The position numbers and the translations under genes were made by a program. The notes under the pieces are model-generated. The model searched no databases and was not told the DNA's origin. It saw nothing but the letters and a program-made list of their open reading frames with translations. A stretch of DNA of 64,000 nucleotides, taken from the NCBI GenBank assembly GCA_037447605.1, contig CM074821.1:1426001-1490000 (forward strand). Reading direction: 5' to 3'. This DNA is from Zygnema circumcarinatum SAG 698-1b. Taxonomy: Eukaryota; Plantae; Zygnematophyceae. This document shows, one piece after another, positions 12,586 through 25,268 of the stretch (positions are counted from its first letter, which is position 1; each line of letters opens with the position of its first letter).

Positions 12586-12847
12586 CCAATGGGAATTCGC
12601 CACGTGGAAAAACTGTACACGTGGTGGACTTTGATTGGAAGTTGCTCATCTGGAGTCCACTAGAGTGGATCCCGCTTGTTTACCAAGTAAGATCCCTTAA
12701 TCGACTAATCTAATCACAGACTGCCACAGACATTGATCCAATTTGGGCCATACCCAGTGGACTTTGTACACACTTCAGCCTGAAGTCGACACACCCAATG
12801 GTAACGAGCCACGTATACAACGTCTGCACGTGGCGGATTCTCATTGG
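12586..12847. promoter_or_regulatory. Cluster of four ERSE-I elements (CCAAT-N9-CCACG) upstream of the ER cyclophilin
   Basis: 12586-12604(+) CCAAT gggaattcg CCACG; 12620-12638(-) CCAAT caaagtcca CCACG; 12795-12813(+) CCAAT ggtaacgag CCACG; 12829-12847(-) CCAAT gagaatccg CCACG. Confidence 0.8.
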
Positions 12848-13039
12848 TTAATATCTGCTATTATTTTCGCAAACTTGGAATTTTGAAATGCCCTGCGTTG
12901 AGTTGATCCTACCCGGCGAGAATAACACCCCCGCTCTCCCTCTCGCCTTTCCCACCCCCTCTCGCTCTCTCCCTCTCCCATCTCCATCTCTCCCATCTCT
13001 CTCTCACTCTCTCTCTCTCTCGCTCCCCCTCAGGAAGCC

Positions 13040-14826
13040 ATGGCCGCGGAGAGGAGGACTCTCATCCTCTCTCTCCTTGGAGCCGCCCTTCTTTTGGCGG
13101 CGCTTTTCCGCCAGGCAGAGGTTTGGGCCCCTCAGGGCGCAGCGGGGCTGGGCGGGAGGGTTGGGGTGCAGGGACTTGGGGGTTTTGGGGATCTGGGTTT
13201 CTCGAAGCTTCACTTTCAAAATTCTACCGTTCCTATGTCGAGAGGGATATGGGATAGATTTGGGCTTTTTTCCTTCTCTTTTCGTTGTTTATCTGAGGTC
13301 CAAAAGGTCATTTTTTGTTTTTTTCAACTGCGTGGAGCTGAGATTGCCTTTTTTTTTTTTTTTTGGTTTGCTGCAGGCGAAGCAGGGCAACTTGGAGGAG
13401 ATAACCCACAAAGTGTACTTCGACATTGAGATCGATGGAAAGCCCGCAGGTGCTCCTTTGCTTTTCCCCATTTGACGCTTGGTTTGGCATGGAATGAAGG
13501 GCACATACATCATTTAAAGGATTGATTACATTCAGGATCTTGAGGATTCTCAAATTAGGAGATGCCTTTAGGGTTAGAGGATCTCCGTGTGGAGACGTGC
13601 CGTTTTCTCTCGCCCTCCCACCCTCCCCCTCTCTCTCTCCCTCGCTCCCCCTCACCCTTCACTCTTTCCCACTAACTCGCACCCTCTCTCTTCCCCCTTC
13701 TGCCTCCGCCACTCCCTCTCTCTTTCCCCCCCTCCCTCTCCTTCCCTCCCTCTCCCCTTCTCTCTCTCTTCCCTCTCACTCACTCCCTCCGCCCTTCTCC
13801 TCTTTTATTCTCTCCCCTCTGTCTCCCGCCCTCTGTCTTCCCCTTCCCTTTGCCCCTCCCCACTCTCGCTCTCTCTCCCCCTCCCTTTCTCTGCTCTGCT
13901 TGATCTGCTCATATCTGTACATGGAACAGGACGAGTTGTAATGGGGCTGTTCGGCAAGACCGTTCCCAAGACAGTCGGTACGACACACCCTGTAGAAACT
14001 TTCCTGCGCCTTTTACTGCTTCATCTCTGCATAGCTCATTTTTTCTGTCTGTTTGAATTAGAATTTGTCTTTGTAAATTTTTTCAGGCAGCCACACACAT
14101 TGAATGGCTAGTTTCACACAGAAACAACAGACAAGGTCGAGCTTTGCTTTATCCATTTTTGTATTTTTTTTTCTTCTCTCATTTTCTTAATCCTGTGAAT
14201 TGTTTCTTTCTTCTGCAGAAAATTTCCGTGCTCTTTGCACGGGTGAGTACCTCTTCTATCTTGAATATCTCAATTTAATGGGTCCCCCCCCCGCCCCCTT
14301 CACCCTTGTTCTTTCCTCTTTTTAATGATTTGAAGTCATATAAAATTTTAGGGTTTCAAAGCCTGCTCAAGCTTGCTTTCGTTTCGAAGTTTTCCTCCAA
14401 ACTTGTGAACTTTCTTATGTTTCAGATTTTAGGGTGACTAATTTTTTACGGTTTGGGGAAATTTCCGGGGAGTAGGAGAAAAGGGGGCGGGTTCGTCCGG
14501 AAAGGCTCTCCACTTTAAGGGCAGCGGATTCCACCGCATTATTCCCCAGTTCATGATTCAGGCAAGAGTCAAAACTCCTATTATATATTGGACCCCTCTC
14601 TCTCTCTCTCCCCCTCCCTTCCCTCCCTCCCTCCCTCCCTCCCTCCCTCCCTCCCTCCCTCCCTCCTCCTCCTCCCTCCCTCCCTCCCTCCCTCCCTCCC
14701 TCCCTCCCTCCCTCCTCCCTCCCTCTCTCTCCTCCAGAAGGTTGTTCTTCCTGTCTTTCTGTGCCCTCCATTCCCATCCTCTCCGCTTTCTCTCGCTCTC
14801 TCTCTCTCTCTCCCCCTTCTGTGCCC

Positions 14827-14875
<49 letters not shown>

Positions 14876-15900
14876 TCTCTCACTCGCGCACATTGCCACA
14901 CAGGGAGGAGACTTCACCCTCGGAGATGGACGTGGTGGAGAATCTATTTATGGCACCAAATTCGCCGATGAAAATTTCAAAATCAAGCACGGCGGCCCCG
15001 GTGAGAAACTTCACTTTTGTTTGAATTTGAATGCTTTCAATCCACATCCGTATCCTTTTCTTTCATTTCTGAGGAAGTATGGTCGAGGTGTGCTGACTTT
15101 GAGCAAGAGGGTAGTCCAGAAATCTATGCATTTGCTTTAATGTCTGGCACATATACATATATATATATATATAAATATTTTTTTTATATTTTTTTTTGGC
15201 ATGATCGCAGGCACTCTGAGCATGGCGAACGCGGGACCCAACACCAACGGTTCGCAGTTTTTCATCTGCACCGTCAAGACCAGCTGGTAGGCTCCTCTCC
15301 GTTACTTGTAACTGAAACTGGAACTAGAACTGGAACTGGAACTGGAATTAAACGGTGTAACTGCAACTGGAACTTGGAACTGAGCTGGACCTGGAACTGT
15401 ACCTGTTGCTAAACTTCATAGTTGCCAACTGTAACTTTAACTTAACTTGGAACTTGGACTGTAGTAACTGCTTATCCGTTTTTCAAATGTAACTGTAACT
15501 AACATCGTAACTGCAACTGGAACTGTGACTGTAACTGTACCACAAAGAACATCATTACCATCACTGGAACTTGAAGCATGGACTGCGCCTCTAACCGCAT
15601 CTGTAACTGAAATCATGACTGCAACCGCAACCAAAACCCTAACTAACGTTTTCCAAAAACGCAACCGTAACTGTCATTGCTTCTGGCTCTGTAACCCTAG
15701 CTGGAACTGAAACGGATGGCATGTAACCTGTCCTGCCATGTCTACCTGTGCCACGTGGCAGGTTGGATGGGCGCCACGTGGTGTTCGGCAAGGTGATCAG
15801 CGGCATGGACGTGGTGTACGCGGTGGAGGCGGAGGGGACGCAGTCGGGGAAGCCCAAAAGCACCATCGTCATCGCGGATAGCGGGGAGCTCCCTCTCTGA
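13040..15900 (+). CDS. CYP20-1: Peptidyl-prolyl cis-trans isomerase, secretory-pathway cyclophilin (207 aa); exons 13040-13120, 13377-13449, 13930-13977, 14219-14242, 14476-14561, 14904-15000, 15211-15286, 15762-15900
   Basis: Exons total 624 nt in frame. Hydrophobic signal peptide; [87 protein letters not shown]. Intron 5 is GC-AG. Confidence 0.93.
15300..15720. repeat. Degenerate hexamer array (ACTGGA/ACTGTA) in cyclophilin intron 7
   Basis: aactgg aactag aactgg aactgg..., aactgt variants. Confidence 0.75.
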
Positions 15901-16726
15901 AAAAAAACACTGAAAACCCTAAAAACCCTAAAAACCCTGAAGACCCTAAAACCCTAAAAGCCCTAAAAGCCTTAGAGGCTGAAAGCTGCTAAGTAGGGCG
16001 CGCACCTTTTGACCTATTTTGGGTTGAGAATTTGGGTGGAGCTCAGTGGGGAGGTTTCCGAATCAGCTAAAGAACGGAACTGTTTCGGCTCAGGGTTTGG
16101 GCGGAAGGAAAATGGGAGGGTTTAGGGTTTTGGGGTTGGGGTCTTTTTGGGGAGAAACCTCGCCAAAGGATTTGTACTGGAAACACGGAATGATGGAGTG
16201 TTTTTGATTTAGATTGACTTTGTCTCAACTTCACCGTTTTGGGCCTTTTTGGTGCATTTGGATATGGATGGATTCTGCTGAGAGAACTCTAAAAGCCTTT
16301 AACCCTAAAAAAGCTAAAGCCCTGAACCTCTTTAAATTGGTAGGGGATATTTGAAAGTCGTGATGCATCATGAAATACATGGCACCATTCAACAGAAGGG
16401 CAAAAAAAACTAAATTGCCAGAAATATCCCGAGGGTGATAAGTGCGTATCTTCTCTTCTGTTTTTTTCGACATTTAAGATATTACGATATGAAACAAAGA
16501 ATCTGTGTTAAGAGCAAGGTTAGAGTGCAGGAAATCAGTGCCTTCATCCCTTCCACATGGAGCGCGAGGAATCTTGACAGTTCTAGTTCCAGTTTCCCAA
16601 TTTTGGTAAAAACTGTAAGCGGGCAAGCGAACTTGGCTAAAGATCTCGACCTAACCAGCAGAACCCTTCCCACCACATTCGAGGCTATTTTTGGCACCGA
16701 AAGCGTTCACACGTGATTCACTTCTC

Positions 16727-17662
16727 TCACATGAACTTCCGTGCTGGTCGCTCTTCCGCGGCATCTTGCTTGTTCTGTGCAAACAAGAAGACAAAAAATG
16801 GGGGCGAGAGAGAAAGAGAGAGGGAGAGAGGGAGGGAGAGGGAGAGGCAAGAGAGGGGTCATGTTGGGGGGGGGGGAGAGAGCGGGAGAGGGAGAGAGTG
16901 TGACAGGCGAGGGGGCAGGGGAGAGGGGGGCGGGAAGGGGGGAAGGGAGCGAGAGAGAGAGAGAGGGGGAGAGAGAGCGAGAGAGAGAGAGAGAGAGAGA
17001 GAAAAAGGGGGGTTGCTGTCAGCAATCACATTGTTTTTTAGAACGTTAAAAAAATATATGGTTACTTGCAACAACCCTAAAACTCCTCCAAAAAACGATG
17101 GTGCACGAGTAAATGGGGCCATATTGATTGGTGCGTATGTCATTGATCGCCATTACCAAAACGAAACCTTTTAGGTCTTTTGACAAGAAAGTGAGAACCC
17201 AGTAAAACCAATTAAAGCTCTAAAAACTCGAAGACATCCATAACACACGAGGTGCTCCATAGCCCTAAAACACCAAAAACCCTAAACGAGCCCCCTCCCC
17301 CCTCCTCTCCCGCCCCTTTATTCCCAAATCCTCTTCAGAAATAACCGTAATCTTTGATCGTGCAAAATTCTTCTTAGATCGGCCTTCAAGGGTTATTAGC
17401 AGGCACCCAAAGAAGAGACAAGGGGGGAGGGGGGCTGTGTCGGAGAAAGAATAAGAGTATATATATTATATATATAGGTGGAGAGCGCTTGGGAGTACGG
17501 GGGAGATAGAAAAGAGGGAGAATGAAAAAAGGTGCGAGAGAAGGGAAAAGAAAGGGAAATGGAGAACGACAGAGAGGAGAGAGAGGGAGAGGGTTAGCGA
17601 AATCGTAGAAGAGCAAGGAGAAGGCGGGGAGGGGAGAGAGGGATAGAGAGAGAGCGACACAC

Positions 17663-17739
<77 letters not shown>

Positions 17740-17929
17740 AAGAGAGAGCGAGAGGGCTTACAAACTCGGACACGCAGCCAACGTAGACGATAGCTGGCAC
17801 GACCAGGCCCCAGAAGAGGGCGCGTGTGGTGGTCCTATTGGTGAAGCGGAACACCTTCTCCAGATTCTCCCTCTTTGCGCCCCACTCCTCGACGTGGGGG
17901 TTCTTGTGCACGTCCATGCCTCCCGCCAT
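16727..17929 (-). CDS. NDUFB4: NADH dehydrogenase (complex I) subunit B15, plant type (71 aa); exons 17929-17762, 16774-16727
   Basis: MAGGMDVHKNPHVEEWGAKRENLEKVFRFTNRTTTRALFWGLVVPAIVYVGCVSEF|NKQDAAEERPARKFM*; matches plant B15 pattern and length; GTAAG donor, CAG acceptor. Confidence 0.88.
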
Positions 17930-18726
17930 GGTGCCGTACGAGGGAGGGAGAGAGAGAGAGAGAGAGAGTAAGAGGAAGAGAGAGAGAGCGGGAGAGAAGG
18001 AAAGTGGGCGAGAGAGAGATTGAGAGAGAGAGAGAGGGGCAAGGAGGACGAGGGAAGGAGAGAAGGATAAACTATGGCTGCTAACCCTAAAAGGGAGCAG
18101 ATGAGGCCAAGCGCTGTGGCGCGTCCGCGGAGGAGCAGTCACATGCTCACAGTTACAGTCCGCGTTACAACGATTTGCGAACAGTAAACGGTCATGAAAA
18201 CGTCTGTGATCGTACGAATTGTGACACTCGTCACAGATTTGCGGTACAGTACCGTACTTTTGTGCCAACCTTACATTCCCACGCTTTTCCATGCGTAGTT
18301 CAGTTTTGAGATAAACCACTCAGAGCTCGCCCCGTGTCTTTTTGATTTAGTACGGCGCCATCTGACATTGCCTTTGTCGTGTTGTGACTTCCCCCACGGC
18401 CGTGTTGTGGAGTCCATGTTTGCTCGGTTCCAGCGAACAATGTTGCCATCACAACATGAGAGCCGAGGGAGGGGCCGTGCGAGGCCCACCCTCTCCCCAA
18501 CATCATGCGTACAATGTTCATGGCATGGATGGCATGGCATGATCGGATGGGTCGCGCATGCATGCATGAATGCATGGCGCATGCCATAACCGCAACATGG
18601 CATGGCAAACTTAACCCAACTAGGCGTGACATGACACCTAGGGCTTGTCTAACGACAACGCTGTTTCTCTCCTCTCACTGCTTTCTCCTTCTCCCTCGCC
18701 CTCTCTCTCTCTCCCTCTCTCTCCCC

Positions 18727-18757
<31 letters not shown>

Positions 18758-19037
18758 CCTCTCTCTCCCCCTCTCTCCCTCTCTCTCTCTCTCTCTCTCC
18801 CTCTCTCTCTCCCTCTCTCTCTCCCTCTCTCTCCCTCTCTCTCTCCCCCTCTCTCCCCCCCTCTCTCTTCCTCTCTTTCTCCCAGTCATTATTCTCAACA
18901 ATAAACCGAGTGACAAGTTGGCACATTGCAATAGACCATCACGAATCTTTTTTAATCTCCATTACTTCGTAACAGAAGTCTGATTCCCGCATCGTACTTT
19001 AATCAAAACTACCCCTAAATTCCACCTCAGAACTTGC

Positions 19038-21089
19038 TCAGTATGGCGTTCTGAGAACAGGCGGAATTAATTCATCATCAGCCTGCATCCCCCAAAAAAT
19101 CAATATGTCAAAAAACAGGGCAGAAATTTGCATCAGAGGTAAAAAACAGAGCTAAAAAATAGGGCTTGAATGATCTGTACATTCCAATTCAAGCAATACA
19201 CAACAAAAGTACTGTTTTGGAAGGGGTCTTTTTTTTTTTTTTTCTTTTTTTTTTTTTTACCATCTCCATGGCGTCGCTTTCCTCCTGCCCGGGCATCTTC
19301 AGCAGCCAACCAGAGTCCTCCAGCAAGCTCCAAATTTTCTCGAACGCCTTTTTGTACGCCCCATTCAAATCTTCGTGCTCGACTATCACCTGCATCATCG
19401 TCATCATCATCATCATCGAAAACAGTTTGAAAACAAAGGCCTTCTTCCAAAGAACAAAAAATCACATGAATGAAGAGTTCGATTTTTTCTTCACCAGTTT
19501 GTCTCTGCTTCAAAATATTGTTTCCAATGAATGGCTTCCATTATTCACACTATCTTCAGAATATGTCTATCTTCGTCCTTTATGTCGATTTACATCTCCG
19601 TTTTCGTTCTCCTTCTCATTTGTCTAACTTGAAATTTTAATGGGTTTGAAGGCCTACTTCATGCTCCAAGAGGCCCTTGATGACCAGCATAAAGCGCGCA
19701 GCCTCCAGTTCATTTTCGCCCACGAGAAATTCTCCATAGAAATCGACTTTCCGTTTGAATTCAGAGAGACGCTGAATGTCGTCGGAAAGCATCACGCGGA
19801 GAGCTTCGTTTGCGACCTGAGGAGGAAAACCAACAAGGGACGGTGGTTGATACTTGCTGCTATGTAACTCTGGAAGTGGCTGGGNNNNNNNNNNGGAGGG
19901 GAGGGAGGGGAGGGAGGGGAGGAGGGAGGGAGGGAGAAAATTGTGAGCTGACAAGCACAAGCTACACTATTTTTCTCCACAAGCTCCTGCTGAAGAAAGC
20001 ATGCAGTAAAATACTTTCTCCCGTCTATGTAATGAGCAATAATGGATGAAAGTTTGGACAGGGGATTTGTATGATGCATAAGCAATGCACATAATATCAG
20101 TAATAATATTTTATTTAATCATTAAAAAGCTCAAAAACACGAAACCCAAAACCGGAATGCAAGCTGGCACCGAAAACCCAGAGCTCGGACACTCAACGCA
20201 CAAAACCTAAAACATAAAAGAAACCAAAAAGTAAGAAATCTAAAGCCCAAAACTCAAAACTCAGACTGTCAAACCCCAAAGCCCGAACTCAAAACCAAGA
20301 GCGCAAAATTCCAAAAACCTGCAGCCTTCGACCTCGAACCCTAACCTAAACCCTAAACCCTTATTCCGATATTGACCTCATTCAAGCCCGTCCGCAAGTC
20401 TTCGTCGAGCTGCTCCGCATCCTCCTTGACTGCCGAACTGCTTTCCCGCCTCTTCGCTCTCAGTGGGAAACTTCTCTGGCGGCTGGAGCTTAGGGTTTGG
20501 GCGGAGAGAGAGGGAAAGGGAGAGGGAGAGAGAGAGGGAGAGGGAAAAGGAGGGAGGGAGGGAGGGAGGGAAGAGAGGAGGCAGCCTGCGGATGGAGTCC
20601 AACTGTGAGTGGGGAGGGGAGGGAGGGAGGAGCGGGTGCGAGAGTTGAGAGGGGAGGGAGAGGTTCGAGAGGTGGGGAGGATTGGGGGGGAGAGGAAGGG
20701 GGAGGAGAATGTTGACATTGGGGCGGGAAGGAGGAACAAAGAGAAGAGAGACAGAGAGAGACAGAGAGATAAAGAGAGAGAGAGAAGCGAGGGCAAGAGG
20801 GAGACAAGTTTCGTGAGCGGTAGTGTATCGCAGGTGCAGTAGACGAGAGAAGGAGAGGAAGTGAGAGAAAGAGAAAGAGAGAGGGAAGCACCCTCCTCCA
20901 CAGAGAGGGGGGTCCAGGGGAGCCCCAGAGCGCGTCGGCGCGTTCGCACTGCAGGCAGACCGCTCGTGGTTCTTCCTCGAGGCTACAAGGCAGCAACGCA
21001 GATCGCTGTGCGTATGGAACTGTGACAGCGACTGAAACTGTAACGGGCACCATATATCCGCGGGTACACGGAGAAGGTTCGCGCACCAT
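19038..21089 (-). CDS. Hypothetical protein (~209 aa); exons 21089-20892 (uncertain), 20475-20377, 19816-19658, 19389-19261, 19082-19038
   Basis: Last four exons are GT-AG bounded and all phase 0: RSFPLRAK...DLRTGLNE|VANEALRVMLSDD...GLLEHE|VIVEHEDLNGAYKKAFEKIWSLLEDSGWLL...|ADDELIPPVLRTPY*. First exon and start are uncertain; an N gap lies in intron 2. Confidence 0.6.
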
Positions 21090-21684
21090 GCAGATCGCCT
21101 TGCAATCACGTCTTGGAAATATTCGCCGCCCAAAGATTCGACCCTCACCGACACAGATTCTCAGATCTACTTATACGACAAAATACAAGTACAGAAAATC
21201 GTACGAAATTGTACAGAATTTGAATCTTTCAGTTTTGTACTTTTTTACATCAAGATTTCTGTGGCTTGAAGTCAACCAATAAAAATGTCTTGAATGGCAC
21301 GTGTCCATAGATAACTGGTTTTTGAACGATCTCACAATCTATGTGCAGAAAACGACAAATACAGGTTTAAAAGTCCAAAGCCATCACTAAACGACGAAGT
21401 ATCAGGTTTGATAATGCCAGCCCAACCGACAGAAAATGATTCTGTCGGATCCAGATATCAGACAAGTTTTCTGTACGGTGGTTCACGCGGAAGGACAAAT
21501 TTTCGTACTGACAGGACAGCTCAGTGGCCAGATTTCCTCCTCTCACCATCCGCCACGTAGCGCCGCACTGGTGGTTGTTGACTGCGGTAGGCCTTTCCTG
21601 GGGGAGGTGGCGGAGCCACGTGGCGGAGCTCCCCAGACGCCACATAGGATCCACGTATGATCCGCGTGTGATCCACGTGGCGCG
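21090..21684. promoter_or_regulatory. Probable bidirectional promoter with G-box/ACGT elements
   Basis: ~600 bp between divergent ATGs; GCCACGTGGC at ~21615, further CCACGT motifs at ~21552, ~21650, ~21672. Confidence 0.4.
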
Positions 21685-24600
21685 ATGTCGTGGCGGGGCC
21701 TCATCAGCTGTCTTCTTTTTATATGTTTTTGCCGTTTCGGAGATTCCTATGTTTACATGGAGACGGATCTAGGCATGGATTTGGAGGAGGCCGAAAATAA
21801 TTTAAATAATTCGCAGGAGCAGGAATCGCGCTATTTGCAGCCCAGAAAGGAAAATTATTTGCCTCCTTCCGGGCAGAAGTCAAATTTCTCGCCAACCAAT
21901 GAGGGGAGTAGTTTGCAGGAGGCAAATTCTTCGCGGCCCAATGAGGAAGCTATTTTGCAGGCCGGGCAGGAGGCAAATTCGCAGACCGATGAGGTCTACA
22001 GCTTGCAGGACGGTAAGGGGAGGCGCGATCTGGGGAGGGCGGATGCGGGGTTCCATGTGCGAGAAATTGCTGAAGCCGTTTTGGGGGGGGGGGGGGGGGG
22101 GNNNNNNNNNNGGGGGGGGGGGGGGGGGGGGGTCCCATGGAGCGGACAGACTGTGGAGCTCTTTTTTGAGGGGCGGTAGAGGTTTAGGGTTTTGGGGTTT
22201 TGAGGGGTACACGGTTACATGGTTTTAGGGTTTTAGGGTTTTGGGGTTTTAGGTTTGGGGGTTACAGAGTTGCAGGGTTTTAGGGTTTTAAGTCTGTGGG
22301 GTTTTGGGGTTACAGGGTTGCAGGTTTTAGGGTTTTAAGTCTTTGGGGTTTTGGGGTTACATAGTTGTAGGATTTTAGGGTTCTAAGTCTGTGGGGTTTT
22401 GGGGTTACATAGTCGTAGGGTTTTAGGGTTTATGGGTTGCAGGGTTTGGGGATTTAGGGTTTAGGATTTAGGGTTTGGGGTTTTGGGGCTTTGAGTTATA
22501 AACCCAGGAAACCGTAGAGCCGTACGAACCCTAGAAACTTGAAATCTTTCAAAATCCCAAATCCCTAAAATCTGGAAAACTCTGAAATCGTCATTTTAAA
22601 AGTTTTTCAAAATTCTCAAAGATCTCAAAACACTACGAATCCTCAATGCCCTAAATTCGGCAAACCGGGAAAGCCTCACGGCATCCAAAACCTCTACTTT
22701 TCAAAAACCGTAAAAAGCTTAAACCCTAAACCCTTTTAGCGCCATCTCCATTACTTGGATGATCTGTGCAGCGTGACGTGACATCAATTGTCAGCCCTCA
22801 ACCTTTTTCGCGGGTCGTTAGGGTATTTAGGGTCTTATGTTTAGGGTCTATGTTTCGAATTTAGGGTTTATGATGAAGGGTTCCAGGATCTAAGGTTTAG
22901 GGTTTAGGGTTGAGGGTCAAATGTTTAGAGGTTTAGGGTTCATGGTTTAGGGTCTAGGGTCTAATGTTTAGGGTTTAGGGATGAGGTTTTAGCTTTCCGA
23001 TAGGTGCTCTACATAGCATGATAAATTTTTGAATTGTTTTCCCTCCCCCCCCTTTTTATTTTCCGTGGCGTTAGAGAGGGGGGTTTGTGTTGAGGTCTTT
23101 GACGATTAGGGTATCAAGATGTAGGGTTTAGGGTTTAGGGTTTAGATTTTCGGGTCTCCAAGATTTAGGTTTTCAGTCCCCTTGTTATTCAAAGCTTTAG
23201 CGTTCCTAAATCCGGATTTTAGCCAATTTTAACTTTCAAACTTCTCAAACGTTCAACCTTGTAGGGTTTAAGGCTCTGATTTAGAACAAAGAAAGCGTAA
23301 ACTCTGACCCCCCTTACTGGAAAATTCCCATACAATTTTTTTTCAGATATCCCCGTAACAAATTTTACGGAATTAGCCCTCCTGGCTGCCAAGGGCCCCG
23401 CGATCTGGCGGGCGGTTCAGTTTGAGGAGCACCTCCTGCTGCTCATTCACGGACTTTCGGTTAAGAGCCGACGCTTAGCCCTAGTTGGGGTCACCCCTCT
23501 CAGTTGCATCTACAACCTGACAGTTCGAACCGCCGCCTCCAAAATCCAAAGCGATGGGACAGTCATCTGCGCCTTTCCTAAGGCGGACGACCGCCTCTCT
23601 CTCGTGGGAACTTCGGTCACTGTGGAGGTCAGTTTCTCTCTCTCTCTCTCACACACTCTCTCTCTCCCTTACGCTATCCCTTCTCCATCTCCCCTCCCTC
23701 ACCCTTCATTCTACGCTGACCCCTCTCCCTCTTCCCTCTCGCCTCCCCCCTCCCTCCCTCCCCTCCCTCCCATTGTTTCTCCGCGCCCCTCCACTCCCTC
23801 TCTCCCTGTCTCTCCCTCCCCCNNNNNNNNNNCTCCCCCTCCCCCATTCTCCCCATCCAATCGTCATCCCTCTTGACCTCTGTATCTTCTGCGGCTCAAC
23901 GCCAACCGTTGGATGTGTCCGACATCGCAGATCGACGGCTCTCCTCTCCCAACTCTCGCTTACTACCGCGGCATTGACGACTGGTTGAACCTGACATATG
24001 CTTCCGTTATAGTTCGAACTACCAGAATTCTTGTCTTTTCTAAAAGAGTTATTCGTCGGAAACCTTCGAGAGCACTTCGGGCATCTCTTCGATGTGTTTT
24101 TGGGGGGAGAGTGAGAACATGGGTGGCGAAATCATGTGTAGAAAATACCCTTTGTTATCTCCCTCCAAAGGAAATGTGGGAAGAGTTAAGGGGGCAACCT
24201 ATTGCTCTCTCAGTTTTTGGAAGAATTCATCCAACAGCCGTTTTATTCGATCCTGGAAATACAAAGACTGCTCTTTATAGGGAAAATATGGAGCTGCTCG
24301 GAACTCAAAAGCTTACAAAGCATGTAGTCTGTTCCTGCCTTATGATATGGAACAGAGCGAGATTTATAAAAGAGTGGGTTATGTATCATGCTCACTTGGG
24401 AGTGGGAAGATTCTTTATATATGATAATAATAGTGAGGATAATTTAGAGGAGGTAGTGGAGTCTCTTTCAGGGCAGTATAAGATTACTAGGCATACCTGG
24501 CCATGGCTAAAAACTCATGAAGCAGGTTTCTCCCATTGTGCTGTTAGAGCAGAGAAAGAATGTGAATGGATGCTATTCACAGATGTAGATGAGTTTTTGG

Positions 24601-25268
24601 TCCCTAGAAGTCTTTTTGAAACCCCAACACATGGTCCGAAAAGGGGAACATCGCCGATTTCCCGGCGAATTCTTCAACAGAAAAAATCGGTGGTGGTGAA
24701 GAAAGATGTGAAGATGAGGAAGGAAGATTTGGTAGGGTCAGTGATGGAGGTTTTGGTCAGAAAAGGGACAAGAAAGTTTAAGTCAAGAACGAGATCAGTG
24801 GGGAGATTTGGGTTTCTATGTCATGATTTTGGACCTTCAGGACTGAAAAGTCTCCCTCCCTCTGGTCAGGCAGTTAACTATGTGTGCAGAGTAAGAAGGA
24901 GGAGACAACAAAAGTCCTTAGTTTTGTTGGCAGCCATGGATTCCACTCGCTGTGGGAGAGTCCATGTATTTGCCCTAAAGAGTAAATACAGGGGAGTTAT
25001 GTGGAACAGTGGAGCATATATTCAACACTATAAATTTCAAGTGTGGGATGTTCACAAGCTTAAGTATAGGAGGAGAGCGGGGACATATACTAAGGAGTGG
25101 AAATCGAAGGGTTGCCAAAATAGGTTGATTTGTGACCTTAGTTGGAACAGAAACCCTAAAGTTCCGGAGGAGTGGGAGAGCAGATATTGCCAAGTGATGG
25201 ATACCACTCTCAAGGACTATGTGATGGAACCTTCAAGAAGGAGGCAGACCTGGCTGCCGTGGAGATGA
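21685..25268 (+). CDS. Glycosyltransferase family 92 / DUF23 type II membrane protein (~648 aa); exons 21685-22012, 23347-23627, 23931-25268
   Basis: Exons total 1947 nt in frame. N-terminal hydrophobic anchor; CLMIWNRARFIKEWVMYHAHLGVGRFFIYDNNSED, WPWLKTHEAGFSHCAVRA, FTDVDEF, HYKFQVW, and C-terminal CQVMDTTLKD...LPWR as in the plant At1g27200-like clade. Both introns contain N gaps. Confidence 0.85.
22180..23150 (+). repeat. Degenerate interstitial telomere-like (TTTAGGG) tracts in GT92 intron 1 (~22180-22490, ~22820-23150)
   Basis: Multiple TTTAGGG/TTTTGGGG units. Confidence 0.75.

Noticed and set aside
18510-18610. CATGG/CATGCA (RY-like) cluster, also at ~46820-46875
   Set aside because: Simple pentamer slippage explains it; no other evidence for B3-factor regulation
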